From contig LSRY02000043.1 in assembly GCA_001643675.2 (NCBI GenBank), positions 248,001-312,000 on the forward strand: DNA of 64,000 nucleotides, read 5' to 3'. This document shows positions 13,839 through 25,464 of this stretch, in pieces; the stretch's first letter is position 1; every line of letters starts with the position of its first letter. The DNA is from Monocercomonoides exilis PA203 (taxonomy: Eukaryota; Protista; Preaxostyla). The notes under the pieces are model-generated. The model was not told the DNA's origin and searched no databases. It worked only from the letters and a program-made list of their open reading frames with translations. The position numbers and the translations under genes were made by a program.

Positions 13839-15104
13839 ATATTAGAATGATTATTGTTATTGCAGCAGATATTTAATGATATGCTGCTGTTTATTGTTTT
13901 GTATGTCATCTCTATGGTCAAAGCAAATATGGTCATTATTTATTCAGAAATTGAAATTTTTTCAGAAATGTCTAAATTTCTCTTTTGTTTTTAAATTATT
14001 TGAAAAAGAAAATAGAATGCTTTTTGTCTTTTGTCTTTTGTTTCCTTTTTAATTTGTTGTAATTCTTATGTTTTTATTTTGTTAGTCAAAAACAAATTTT
14101 CTGTTGATATTCGATTATTCAAAATGAATCGTCATTTTTCATTTCTATGTAGATTTCATTTTTATTTCTAAGCAACATATTTTCTTTCTTTTTTTGTATG
14201 TCATGTTTTTGTGAAACCATTCTTGCAATTATTTGAAGCAATTGTCTTGCAAATTTTGTCTTTTTACGAATTGTCAATAATTTTTTAAATCATTTTTTTT
14301 TATAAATTTTTATTTGATAAAGTCATCATGTAAACTCATGATTCAAATAAATGAGGTTTTTTTTTTCAATTTTTTTCTTTTCTTCTTTTTTCTGTTTTTT
14401 ATTTGCTGAAATTATCTTTCCAAGTCGTTGTTCTGTGTGTAAGTCAATATGCGTGCAAGCAACGCTTTTTGTTTGATCTCTGTTGATCCGATGGTTGTGT
14501 TCAGTGCATTTATCTGGAACATTATCCAATATTCGTTTATTCATGCATGGACTCATGAGTTTGAAGATTTTGACTTTTATGTAAGTTTGTTCACAAAAAA
14601 ATTTTTTTTGCTTTCTTTTCCTTTTTCTTTTTTAAATTAATTTTCATAATAGAATATAATAAGCTTGTTGAAAGAAAGAGTTAAAATGAGAAAATTGTAT
14701 TGTGATTACGCAAAATAGAAAAAAATCTTAATGTTACAATTATCAATTTGATAGAATAAGAATTTAAAAAAAATACATGGATTTGGATATGAAAGCAAGC
14801 GCGAGCAATAAAAATACCACTAATTACACGCAAATGAAAGGAGCAATCCAATTGAACAGTAGATGCACTGGAAATGCGCTTATAACTCAAATGATTCACC
14901 GTCTTCACCACCCGTGTACTTAATGATTGGTAATTAAATGAAAATAATAAAAAAATTTTTCAAATATGTTCACATTTAAGAAAATAGTTGAAAGAATTAG
15001 AAAAAATTGAACATTGAAAGATTAAATAAAATAAAATAAAAGCAAATATTGAAAAAAATATTTGCAGAATCTCATATTTCTCTGTTATATCAAAAAAAAA
15101 GAGA

Positions 15105-16584
15105 TCAAACCTTAAAATTAAGCAATCTTGAGCCATCTGGCTGCAGCTCTCCCATCTCTTCAAGTCTCTTTCTCTTCTTTTGCTGCTCCTCTTTCTGCTT
15201 CCGAAGTCTTTCTCTCTCTTTCTCACGCTCTTTTTCTCTTTCCTGTCTCTTTGAAAGAGCCTTTGGAAGTGCATGTTGTGTCTTAATAAGATATGCTTTC
15301 TTCTTTTCCTCAATCAGCTTAAGCTTTTCTTGCTTTATTTTAGCTTTCTCTTCTCTTCTTGCCTTCTTTTCTTCTTCCTTTGCAAGTCGCGCTGCTTTCT
15401 CATCTTCCGTCTCTTCCTCGTTTTCACTTTTCTTCGCCTTCTTCTTTCCATCCTCTTCTTCTTCTTCATTATCTGCCTCTTCATCTTCATCTTCCTCATC
15501 ATACTTCTTCAAGTCTTCCTCGCTCAGACCCATCTCTTTCAGATCTTTGTCGAGCATCATCTGCAGCAGCTTCTTTTTGTTCTTCAGAATAGACCATAGC
15601 TGATGATACTTCTCCTCTCTCTGTGCTCTTCTATTGATGTCGTACTCACCCCACTTCGACTTTGCTACTTCTTCTGCAATAAGTTTCTCTCTGTCCTCTT
15701 TAGAATACCCTTCATACCCAGCTTGCTCCAACTCATCGTCCATCCATTTGTATGGCATCCAGATTCTGCGTGGTTCTCTTTTTGTAGGCTTCTTTGGTGG
15801 ATCTTCGCCTTTCTTCCTTGCTTCTTCAACCTTCTTTTCCCATCTTTCAATGTCATCATCATAACGATCTTCCGCTTCATTCACTTTATCGAGTTTCTTT
15901 TTGTAATATGCTGAATAGTTCCGAGGGTAATGATCCAAAAGTTCAATGTCAATAGCGATGGACACAAATCCTGGGATATTTGTAGCACCTCGCAAGCCAT
16001 ACCCAAGAGATGGAGGAATGTACAGTCTTCGTTTCTCTCCCACGCACATTCCATTTAATCCCTATAAATGTTAAGAAGTTTTGAAAATTATTATTTAATT
16101 TAAAAAGCAGTGATAAAATGCATTTGCAAATTTAAAATAAAAGATTGAAAAGTCACACTCTTTCAACTCCTTTGATCAATTGTTTATTATTTTTTTAAAA
16201 AGTCATATAAATCTCTTTGTGAAAAATACTAATAATTTCAAACCTTCTATGGTTTCATTGTATCCAGTTCTGAATATATAAGATTCTGTTTCATTTGTGC
16301 CTTCAATGATCTTTCTGTTCGAAAACAAAGACAAGTTCCATGCAATCTGAAAAAAAATACCATAAATAAGCAATAACAAAAAGAAGTTTAAATTGAACCT
16401 CGACTTCATCATATGGTTTAACTGGTCGAGGGCAAGGTGGAACTTTTTGAAGAATTCCAACTTGAAGACTAGATGGAGGTTTTCTCTTACCTGAAGGCGT
16501 TTTAGAACTTACACCTCTCTTGGTTTCTGCAGAAAATGAAATTTCAGTTAAAAGGAATATAAAGAAAAATGGTAGCTTCCTCAT
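15105..16584 (-). CDS. Secreted/ER FKBP-type peptidyl-prolyl isomerase (FKBP2-like) with a long charged coiled-coil C-terminus. Exons 16584-16399, 16346-16244, 16169-16159, 16061-15105
   Basis: Signal peptide [76 protein letters not shown] is a clear FKBP signature. Confidence 0.88.
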
Positions 16585-17128
16585 TTAGTAAAAAACGAAG
16601 AAATGAGTCTGTCCTTGATCAAATGCCATTATATATCCAAAAAAGTTAATATTTTAAAAGGATAATAAACTATTATCCACAAAAAAACTGTTATAAAAAA
16701 GATGCACTATTTTTTGTATAAACCAAAAAAATAACAGAAATTTGAAGAAAGAGATATTTCATAATATTTTTGTCTTCAAGAAAATAAAATAACATTTGTT
16801 TTTTTTTTCATTTCAAGCCATGTAATTTGCAGTGAAGACATCAAATAACATTTTCTCTATTCTCGACAATCTCTGAAAAGCGGATAAAGGTAACTTTTTC
16901 AACAAAATAATTGAAAATTTTTATTTAAATTCTTTCTGCAAAATTTTCTGGTTACAACGAAAATTGAATATTTTCTTCAAATTTTCCTTCCAACTCACCA
17001 AATTTTACCAGCATGCAAATTAATGGCAATGCTTCTTTTTCCACACTTGTAAATTTGGTGAGTTAGAATGAAAAACCGATGAATATATATTTCGCATAAA
17101 ATATAGGACATCGCACAAAATACACCAT

Positions 17129-17348
17129 TTATTATTCAAATTTGGTCAACTAATTATTCGAAATTGGTCAACTAATTATTCGAAATTAATAAACTAATTA
17201 TTCAAAATTGTTAAACTAATTATTCCAAATTGTTAAACTTATTATTCGAAATTGGTAAACTTCTTATTCAAAATTGTTAAACTTTTTATTCGAAATTGTT
17301 AAACTTATTATTCGAAATTGGTAAACTTCTTATTCAAAATTAATAAAA
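17129..17348 (+). repeat. 10 x 22-bp tandem repeat (consensus ~TTATTATTCGAAATTGKTAAAC), left arm of element B
   Basis: Units counted at an exact 22-bp period from 17129. Confidence 0.92.
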
Positions 17349-17974
17349 TTCAGTATTTTTTACAAAAATATTTTTTGATATAATATGATCACTGGCTGAT
17401 TGTCAGAAAGTGATTAAAATTTTTTGTTTTTTCATTATCAATAAAAAGGATGAAAAATTGAACCCCGATTTTTATTATTTGTGAATAAACATGAAATTTT
17501 CTGATTTTTCAGAAAAAAATCATCATTCATGAAATCGGATAATTTTTCAAATGAATTCATCTCCTATTGTTAGATTGTGAATTATTAAATTGAAAATTTT
17601 TATAAAATAAAAATTCAAGTGTTGGAAACAAAAATTATTCAAATTTGAAATTATCCATTTGAATTCAATAATAATTCTTCGTTTGTTTTTTATTGTTCAT
17701 CTGAATAAACTTTAATTAAAATTCCTTTTCTTGATTGAATTATCCCTAGTTTATCGATGCGAGGTGAAATAATTCAAAAATTATCCTATTTCCATAATGA
17801 TGATTTTTTTCTGAAAAATCAGAAAATTTCATGTTTATTCACAAATAATAAAAATCGGGGTTCAATTTTTCATCCTTTTTATTGATAATGAAAAAACAAA
17901 AAATTTTAATCACTTTCTGACAATCAGCCAGTGATCATATTATATCAAAAAATATTTTTGTAAAAAATACTGAA

Positions 17975-18172
17975 TTTTATTAATTTTGAATAAGAAGTTT
18001 ACCAATTTCGAATAATAAGTTTAACAATTTCGAATAAAAAGTTTAACAATTTTGAATAAGAAGTTTACCAATTTCGAATAATAAGTTTAACAATTTGGAA
18101 TAATTAGTTTATTATTTTCGAATAATTAGTTGACCAATTTCGAATAATAAGTTTACCAAATTTGAATAATAA
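17975..18172 (-). repeat. 9 x 22-bp tandem repeat, inverted copy, right arm of element B
   Basis: GTTTACCAATTTCGAATAATAA-type units. The right arm is exactly 22 bp shorter than the left. Confidence 0.9.
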
Positions 18173-18675
18173 ATGGTGTACCGTTCAAGATCGATTTCAC
18201 AATAACTGCAAGAGGAATAATTCTGACAAATTTCTTCAAAATATATCTCATCAATACAAACTCATTTGATTAACGAGACTTTTTAAACTTCCTATTTTAT
18301 GCTCAGAAAAAAATAATTATTTAAATTTCAAAGAAATAGGATTTTGAGTTTACTAGAGATTTAAATAAAATTTTTCTCTGAGCACAAATGAAGCTATTTT
18401 GAAAGTCTCGTATGTCTAATAAGTTTGCATTAATGAGATGTGTTTTGAGGAAAATTAACAGAATTATTCCTCTTGCAGTTATTGTGAAATAGATCTTGTC
18501 CGGTATTTTGTGCGATGTCCGGTTATTTATGTGATATCTGTATTCATCAGTTTTTCACAAGAAAATTTAGCTAAAAAATTTTTTTCAAAAAAAAAATTAT
18601 AATCATTTACATGTTACTGATAATGCAATTTTTCACTTTTAACTTTATTTTAAAATGGAGGTGTTTGTAAATATT

Positions 18676-18917
18676 TGCGTGATTCTTTCTGAAAAGTCAC
18701 AAATGTTTAATTTCCAAATAAATCAAAAATTTCATATTTTGCTCAAAATTTTGTTTTCACAAGCCAAACTTCATTTAAATGGTATCTATTTCTCGATAAT
18801 GCTATTTCAAACATTCTTGAGGAGATTTGTGAGCTGAAACAGAAATTTGAGCAAAATATGAAATTTTTGATTTATTTGAAAATTAAACATTTGTGACTTT
18901 TTAAAAAGAATCACCCA
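18676..18917. mobile_element. ~240-bp hairpin MITE-like element, family C
   Basis: ~80-bp inverted arms: GTGATTCTTTCTGAAAAGTCACAAATGTTTAATTTCCAAATAAATCAAAAATTTCATATTTTGCTCAAA versus its near reverse complement ending GAATCACCCA|TA. Confidence 0.75.
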
Positions 18918-18938
18918 TATTTTAGGGTTTTGTTAATT

Positions 18939-19207
18939 TGGGTCAAAATATTTTGCTTCAAGCTTTTTCATTAAAAAACTATGGACTTTTCATTGACTTT
19001 TTTATTTCAAAAATACAATAAAAAAGAGTCCATTTTTTGACATTTGTGTGATGTTGTAAAACTTTGTGTTTTAATTTCAACGATTCCTGTTTACGGATAT
19101 GAAAATCAAATTTATTTTGAGATCTGAGAAAGTGAAATAAAGTTATGAGTGAAGCAGTTTTTTCGTGCTTTGTGCAAAAAAAGCTTGAAAGTCCGTATTT
19201 TTCCCCA
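18939..19207. mobile_element. ~270-bp dispersed element family D, copy 1
   Basis: Colinear similarity to 48029-48298 (shared CATTGACTTTTTT, GAAAATCAAATTTATTTTGA, AAAGTTATGAGTGAAG, TTGTGCAAAAAAAGC, GAAAGTCCGTATTTT); TGGG...CCCA ends. Confidence 0.75.
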
Positions 19208-19455
19208 TTTGTCTTAATTTTTTTGTAAAGTTCCTTATGTTTGATTTACAAATAAAATGAGAATTACATTTTTCGATCAAATTTCTGTTCCCACACACCA
19301 AATTTAACTGTTATTAAAACAAAATTTTGATTATGTTATTATTTCCATTCTTGAAAATTTTCGTGAGTGGGAACAGAAATTTGATCGGTATATGAAATTT
19401 TTTCTTTATTTGAGAATTAAACAAAAGGAACTTTTCAAAAAAATTCAGACATTTG
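19208..19455. mobile_element. ~250-bp hairpin element, diverged relative of family C
   Basis: Inverted arms with core CGATCAAATTTCTGTTCCCAC / GTGGGAACAGAAATTTGATCG. The arm sequence aligns loosely with element C. Ends are approximate. Confidence 0.65.
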
Positions 19456-20269
19456 GAGAAAAATTATTCATTCAAAAGAAAAAAACTCGATAATTGTATA
19501 AAAAAACGATGTTTGAGAATGCATACATGAAAACACTATATTTGAAAGGAATAATAACTTGACTGTGTTCATTTAACAGTATTCAAAATGAATTCCAAAT
19601 GCGAAAATTTTGATTGAAAAAATATGAAAGAAAAAATAATCACCATATTTTTCAATCCAACAGTCTCAACTTTGTGAGATATGTGTGCTATTTTTTTTTT
19701 TTTTTTAATGTCATATTTTTTTTTACTTAAAAAAATATCGGTTCAAATATTTCTATTGAATATAACAAATAAAATTTGAAAAGAAAAAATGCTCATAAAA
19801 GACATTTTTATCTTTATTTCATTTGTAACATTTCCTTTGAAGAACAATTATCATTCTTTTTCTCTCTTGAATTCATTAATTCTAACCAAAAACAAACAAT
19901 CTTTGATAAAACAACACACCGAGAAAAGTTGTTACTTCAAAAATGATCACCAATGTTCGAAAAATATGCCAGGTTAATTGTCTTGAATAAAAAAAAAATT
20001 GACGATTCTGTTTGATGAAATAAATTTGTGGTAGGTAGAAATCGATATCTGCTTTCTCTTCCTATCTCTCTCTTTCTTTCTTTTTTTGTTTATTTTCAAA
20101 AATTAATTTATTTATTTGATAACAAAAGATAACGATGGATGTGAATATTTTCCATCTGTTTGTAAGCGTAAAGTTTTTCTCACCATTAAAAATAATTTTT
20201 TTATTTTCTTTTTTCTTCGAACAGAAGAAAAAAATAGATCAATTATAACCTTTATAAAAACATACACAA

Positions 20270-20806
20270 ATGAATGCAAGCCAGGTGAGGAATAGCCAGC
20301 CAGTTCGTTATCCGTTCCAGAATGCGGCTCCAATGCAACAAGTGTATGTTCCAGGACAACCGGTGATGATACGGCAAACGTATGCCGTGCCCCAATACAT
20401 TGTACCTCCGTTGTTTGATCCAAGAACATACGCAAACATCCAATGGTCTGATTCAATTTCCAATACCGTTTCGGGGGGTATTCCAGCTTGGGGAAAAGGT
20501 CAGTTTGATTCATCGTTCACTCTTTATGCTTGGTTTGCATGCTTATTGGGATTTTCTGGAATGCATCGAGTGTATCTTGGAGACTTTGTGATGGGAGCTA
20601 TATATTGCTTAACGACAGGTTTATGTGGAATTGGGCAGTTGATCGATTTATGCATGCTTGCTCAAATGGTAGATGATAGAAATACCGAGATTATGAATGC
20701 AGTTCGTTACAAAGCTACTGCTCAGGCTAATTTCATGCCCCAAACTTATCAGCGTGCTGGACAACCTGTTATTCAAAATCCTGTTCAATACAAAAATTTT
20801 GCTTAG
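20270..20806 (+). CDS. TM2 domain-containing membrane protein with a Pro/Gln-rich N-terminus
   Basis: YAWFACLLGFSGMHRVYLG..GAIYCLTTGLCGIGQLIDL is the TM2 consensus (LG.FG.HRFYLG...TxG..GIG.LID). Confidence 0.88.
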   Translation: MNASQVRNSQPVRYPFQNAAPMQQVYVPGQPVMIRQTYAVPQYIVPPLFDPRTYANIQWSDSISNTVSGGIPAWGKGQFDSSFTLYAWFACLLGFSGMHRVYLGDFVMGAIYCLTTGLCGIGQLIDLCMLAQMVDDRNTEIMNAVRYKATAQANFMPQTYQRAGQPVIQNPVQYKNFA

Positions 20807-21363
20807 GATATTTATTGTATATTTTTGCAATTATCTTTCAATTTACGTTTTATTTTTGATTTACAATTAGGTTTTGTAGATTTGAAGATAATTGTCATTT
20901 TTAGAGAGATACTTTTAATAATTTGTTTGTGTATAGGTATTCATTTGAATACAAACTTCTTCTTTTTACTTATTGCAATTTTTAATTTATCAATATCTGT
21001 AAATTTGAAGAGTTTTTGTTTGAGAAAGACATGTCATTTGTCGCAGCTAACAGTTTTAACAATAGAAAGCTTTATAAGTTGCAACCATCGTCAATTATTC
21101 TTTTTAACTTTATGCAATTGAAGAATCATTTTTTGTATTTTTAAGATATGAAATTAGAATTCAATTTTTCAGGTATATATTTTTAATCAATACATTTTTT
21201 ATGATGTTGCCAACATATTAATTTCTTGCTCTAAGTCGTAAGAACAATTATTGGTATGCCATTTTAACAAATATCAATTGATCGTTAACCATTATAGCAA
21301 TTTTCTATATCCAAATATTTATTTTTCTTTTTCAAGAAGTCACTCCTCATTTATACGAGCAAA

Positions 21364-24300
21364 ATGTTAATGAGTAAAAAGAATTATCACATTATATGCG
21401 CAAATGTTGCTTTCGGCAACATTCATTTAATATTTTTATTTGCTGCTCTTGTGGTTGTTTCGCAATCTTCAAATGAAAACCTGATTAAATCTATAAGAAA
21501 AGTACCTTCATCAGGATCTCCTCCGTATCGCCGTCAAGGTGCCATATTTGAAATGCCATTTGGTTCAACAGATAAAGAGATACTGCTTGCTTGTGGAATT
21601 AACGATTTAAATGCTTATAAAACTCCAATATATAAGTATTCATTTAGAGATTCTATTCATTCATGGGGAAGAATAGAAGTTAATGGAGTTGGAGATACAC
21701 CTGAATGTGGATGGTTTGCTCATTTTTCAACAAAGAGTAAACTTTACATATGGGGAGGTGAAGGTCCTGATGGATTTTACAATGACATGTGGATTTTTGA
21801 TTATAAAAGAAAGACTTGGACGCAGGAAGTACAATTGGATGCTCCATCAGCAAGAAATATGCTGTTTTATACAATGAATCCTGGAAATAATCCTGATGAA
21901 AATGGAGTATTTTTCATTTTCGGAGGAAGAAGCGCATCTGGAGCACTTAATGACTTATGGAAATATGAGTTGTCAACAGGCTCATGGACAGAATTAATAC
22001 CAGATGAATTATCTCCAGAGAATAATAAGCCAACTCCGCGATATGGAGGAGCTGCTCACTATTTTGACGAAAGCATATACATAACTGGAGGTTATCCTGT
22101 GAATGAAGATGAAGTCGATAATTTAAAAATTTATAGATTTGATTTAAATACAAACATATGGAGTGTTATAACTATCCCTGACATCACTTCTGATCGCAAT
22201 GAAGTTGGATTTTATTCTGTTAACGGTGAATTGTTCATTTATAGTGGAGTAAATTATCCTGGAGGAGAGCGTTCTAATTTAAAAGAGCTTCTAAGGATAA
22301 AATTTGAAGATGATACTGCAAAATGTCGGAAGTATGACCTTTCAAGCTTAGATGGAGTTGAATATGCGAGACGTTCTCCTGCATTTATTGCAGTCAATGA
22401 CAAAATAAACAACGATGATGTAATTGTTTGCTATGTATTCGGGGGTCTCGGTGATGAGCTTGTGCAAGGCGATCTCATTAGCATTGTGGTACCAAAGGAA
22501 TTTAGCAGTTCTGACCCTTGGATCTTAAGCCAGGAAACAACTGTGATTGAAGAGCTTCCTCCTCTTCGTGCATGGCATAAGTCTGTGAGTCTCTTGGGGA
22601 AAATGTGGGTGTATGGAGGGATGGGAGAAGGAGACATGTGGTATCAGTCACAGGTGCCAATGGATGATCTGTATTCATTTGACTACAAAACGCAAGTGTG
22701 GAAGAAGCACGAAGGAACCGGAGAGCATCCAGCATTATATGACTATTCGATTGTGGAACAGTCGAGTCGCTTGTTTCTGTTTGGAGGATTCCGTTCTGAA
22801 ACAATAATGGAAGACCCGACTCCTCGAAATGACATCTGGGAGTACTCAACCAAACTCAATGAGTGGTCTAAAATCGAACCAACGACGTCTCTTCGTCCCT
22901 CTCCCCGTTCTGGAGCAGCTGCAGCAGTTATTGGCAAATGGATATATTATGTGGGAGGACGACTTGAAGACGATACAGTGACCAATGAGGTGTGGAGATT
23001 TTCTCTTGTCACATACGAGTGGAGACAAATGAAGGTGTACTACTCGCCAAACATCGAGATTGGGGGCAGTGCGTTTGAGGATCTGACATTTGACCCGAAT
23101 GCTCAGGGCACCGTTCCTGCGGGTGATGACTCGCCCGCCCAGTTGCAGAAGAGAGAGGGGATGTCGATGGTGAGAAAGGATGTGTGGAAAGACGGAGTGG
23201 AGTATCAAGTGCTTGTCATTGCTGGCGGCGTGAAACTCAACAAAGACCCTACGCTTGTCATTGATGTTCTTCTGATTCCTCCGTCATTCGACGCAGAAGA
23301 GGGAAAGACGCCCGAAGATTCGGATCCAGAGGCATTCAAAGTGTATGTTGGCGATCCTGTGATGTTGGATCCTGAAGTAATCGTTGAGCACCCGTTCAAG
23401 TACGGAGGCATGGTGGCGATAGGCGACCAGTGCTTTATTTCTTTTGGAGGATCTGACGAAGGCCACAGTTCGGATATCTTCCACAAAGTGGATGTGAAGG
23501 ACTTGAAAAATGTCAAGTGCAGTTACTACAAAGGAGGAAATGGAGAACCTGTGCTTCCGTTTTTGAGTGGAGGAACTGTGCAATATTACCAGCGTCAGCT
23601 GTATGCGTTCGGAGGCAATCTTATGGCGAATGCATGCCCGACATTAAACCAATATCATAACGAAATGATTGTGATCGATTTGTCTGAACAAGACTTCTCA
23701 TGCTCGCCAGGAACAAAACACATTGAAAGCAACAATGCTTGTGAACCTTGCCCCATTGGCACATTTTCGTGGAGGTACAACTTGAATTATGACTGCACAC
23801 AATGCTATGCAGGCTCTGCAAATGCATTTGAAGGAGGATCATCTGGCTACCATTGCATCGCATGCCCATTTGGCACATACAACAGCGAAACAGGCAAAGG
23901 GCAGTGCACAATTTGTGAGGAAACGCAGTATTGTCCCATTGCCTCTGCTGCAAACAATGGCACAGCTCCAAAGAAGACTCGTGAAACAGACGTCCAGCCA
24001 GAGCTGTACCAGGTGAGAGACAACGACTCAATGCTCATTCTGATCTGCTGCTATGCAGCGTTCTTTTTCGTGGGTGTTGTTGTGGCCTTGATCATTGTGT
24101 GCTGCCCGTGCCGAGTGTATTTGTACAAAGTGGATCTTTACTCAGGCGAACACGACGACGACTTCGATCCAGAGACACAGGCTGCCCCCAAAACACTCCG
24201 AAAGACGCGTGTCGGTGGCTTCGTGTCGATCGTGTTCATCTTTTTTGCCATCGGAGCAGCGGCAAGTGTGCTGGGCGACTACATCATCAACAACCGCTTT

Positions 24301-25464
24301 GAGACGAAGTCTGTGATTGCAGCTGCAATGGAGCCTGATCTGAATGTGACAGGGATGCCAATGAATAGATTTGAGACATTAATTACAATGAAGGATTACT
24401 GCGGAGAGTGTGTGGAAGGGGTTTCTGATGTGAGTGTGGAAACTGACTGGGGAACTTGCAGCGACGAGTTATCAATTGATATCAATAACGTATTTGAATA
24501 TCGTGTGCTTCAATATTTTTATTTTATTTTATTTTATTTTATTTATTAACTTGTATGAAATATGAAAAATTTTAAATAATCTCAACATCCTTTCATCACT
24601 TGAATGCAAAATTCATGTAATATATCTTTTTTGAACACTTATATTACAGGAGATGGAAAAGCATACAACTTCACCCCACAATGCCGACAGTCGCCGTCTG
24701 GAAACATGATGATGGACAAAGTTACTGACTGCCTCATACGGCTGAAGGGAGATCAATCAGTCATTTACTTCCCAACAGATGGCTCGTCTCCTTATTTGAA
24801 TATCACTTCTCACTCAGAATCTGCTCACGCATATGCGTTTCTGGCAGATGTGACGCTGGACACAGGGATCAAGCACGAGAAGAAGGCGAGCAACGATGTT
24901 TCCCTCTCGTCGAAGCAGATGATTGCTGTCTCCAGCACAGGAAAGCCCTTCAAAGGAACCGTACCGACGATATTTGAAGTGACAGCTATCCCTTCGATCT
25001 TCATCGACCCCGACAACAACAAGACGACGGGGTATCAGGTGATCTCGTCCTCCACCACGCTCGGCTCTGTGGCCTCTGAAGACCAGCTGAATATCATCTA
25101 CGGGATGATGGTGCGGCTGGTGTTCAAGCAGGAGACGAGCATTGTGCGGACGACATTCACAGTGAGACAGTCTGTGACGTCCTTTTTGGCGAATCTGATG
25201 TCTACGGCGATGGGCTACATGGGCATATTTGGGATATTTGTGGGGGTGCTGGACTTCATCACGACGAGAGACTTTCCTTGCTCAACGAAGATGCGCATGA
25301 TGATGTATGGAACAAACGATCTGTTTGTTAAAAAGAAGAAGGAGAAAGGCGGAGTTGCTTCGTCCAGTACGGACGAGGAAGGAAGGAAAGTGAATCCATA
25401 CGGCATCCACAAACCAAGGGAAATTGAGTTGATGGACGCGAAGGGGGAGAAAAACACAGAGTAA
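21364..25464 (+). CDS. Multi-pass membrane protein with extracellular Kelch repeats and Cys-rich GCC2/GCC3-like repeats; intron 24503-24649
   Basis: Hydrophobic N-terminus; about 10 Kelch blades (YIWGG..YNDMWIFD, FIFGG..LNDLWKYE, etc.); CxPCPxGT/CxACPFGTY repeats; three hydrophobic segments. A phase-1 intron joins the 21364 and 24604 ORFs. Confidence 0.85.

Larger units (their letters stand above)
17123..18178. mobile_element. 1056-bp foldback element B with ~400-bp inverted arms, 22-bp subterminal tandem repeats and a TA target-site duplication (Tc1/mariner-type non-autonomous)
   Basis: Ends TA|CACCATTTATTATTCAAATTTGGT ... ACCAAATTTGAATAATAAATGGTG|TA. Arms 17123-17527 and 17796-18178 are reverse complements. 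The empty-site homologue at ~47081-47100 has a single TA. Confidence 0.9.
17086..18540. mobile_element. Foldback MITE family A, copy 1 (~397 bp), interrupted by element B
   Basis: Right end ...GTGATATCTG|TA and left end TA|TATATTTCGCATAAA. Arms containing GGACATCGCACAAAATA and TAACTGCAAGAGGAATAATTCTG are inverted. It aligns with the intact copy at 47052-47448 once 17123-18180 is removed. Confidence 0.85.

Noticed and set aside
2731-13936. Many poly-Leu/Phe/Lys/Glu ORFs in other frames
   Set aside because: They are alternative readings of TCT/GAA microsatellites in the giant exon.
14326-14925. Short ORFs between the giant gene and FKBP
   Set aside because: No motifs and no convincing splice model.
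17129-17348. 22-bp repeat array as a CRISPR array or telomeric repeat
   Set aside because: Units are head-to-tail with no spacers, there are no cas genes, and the array is mirrored in the opposite arm of a TA-flanked element.
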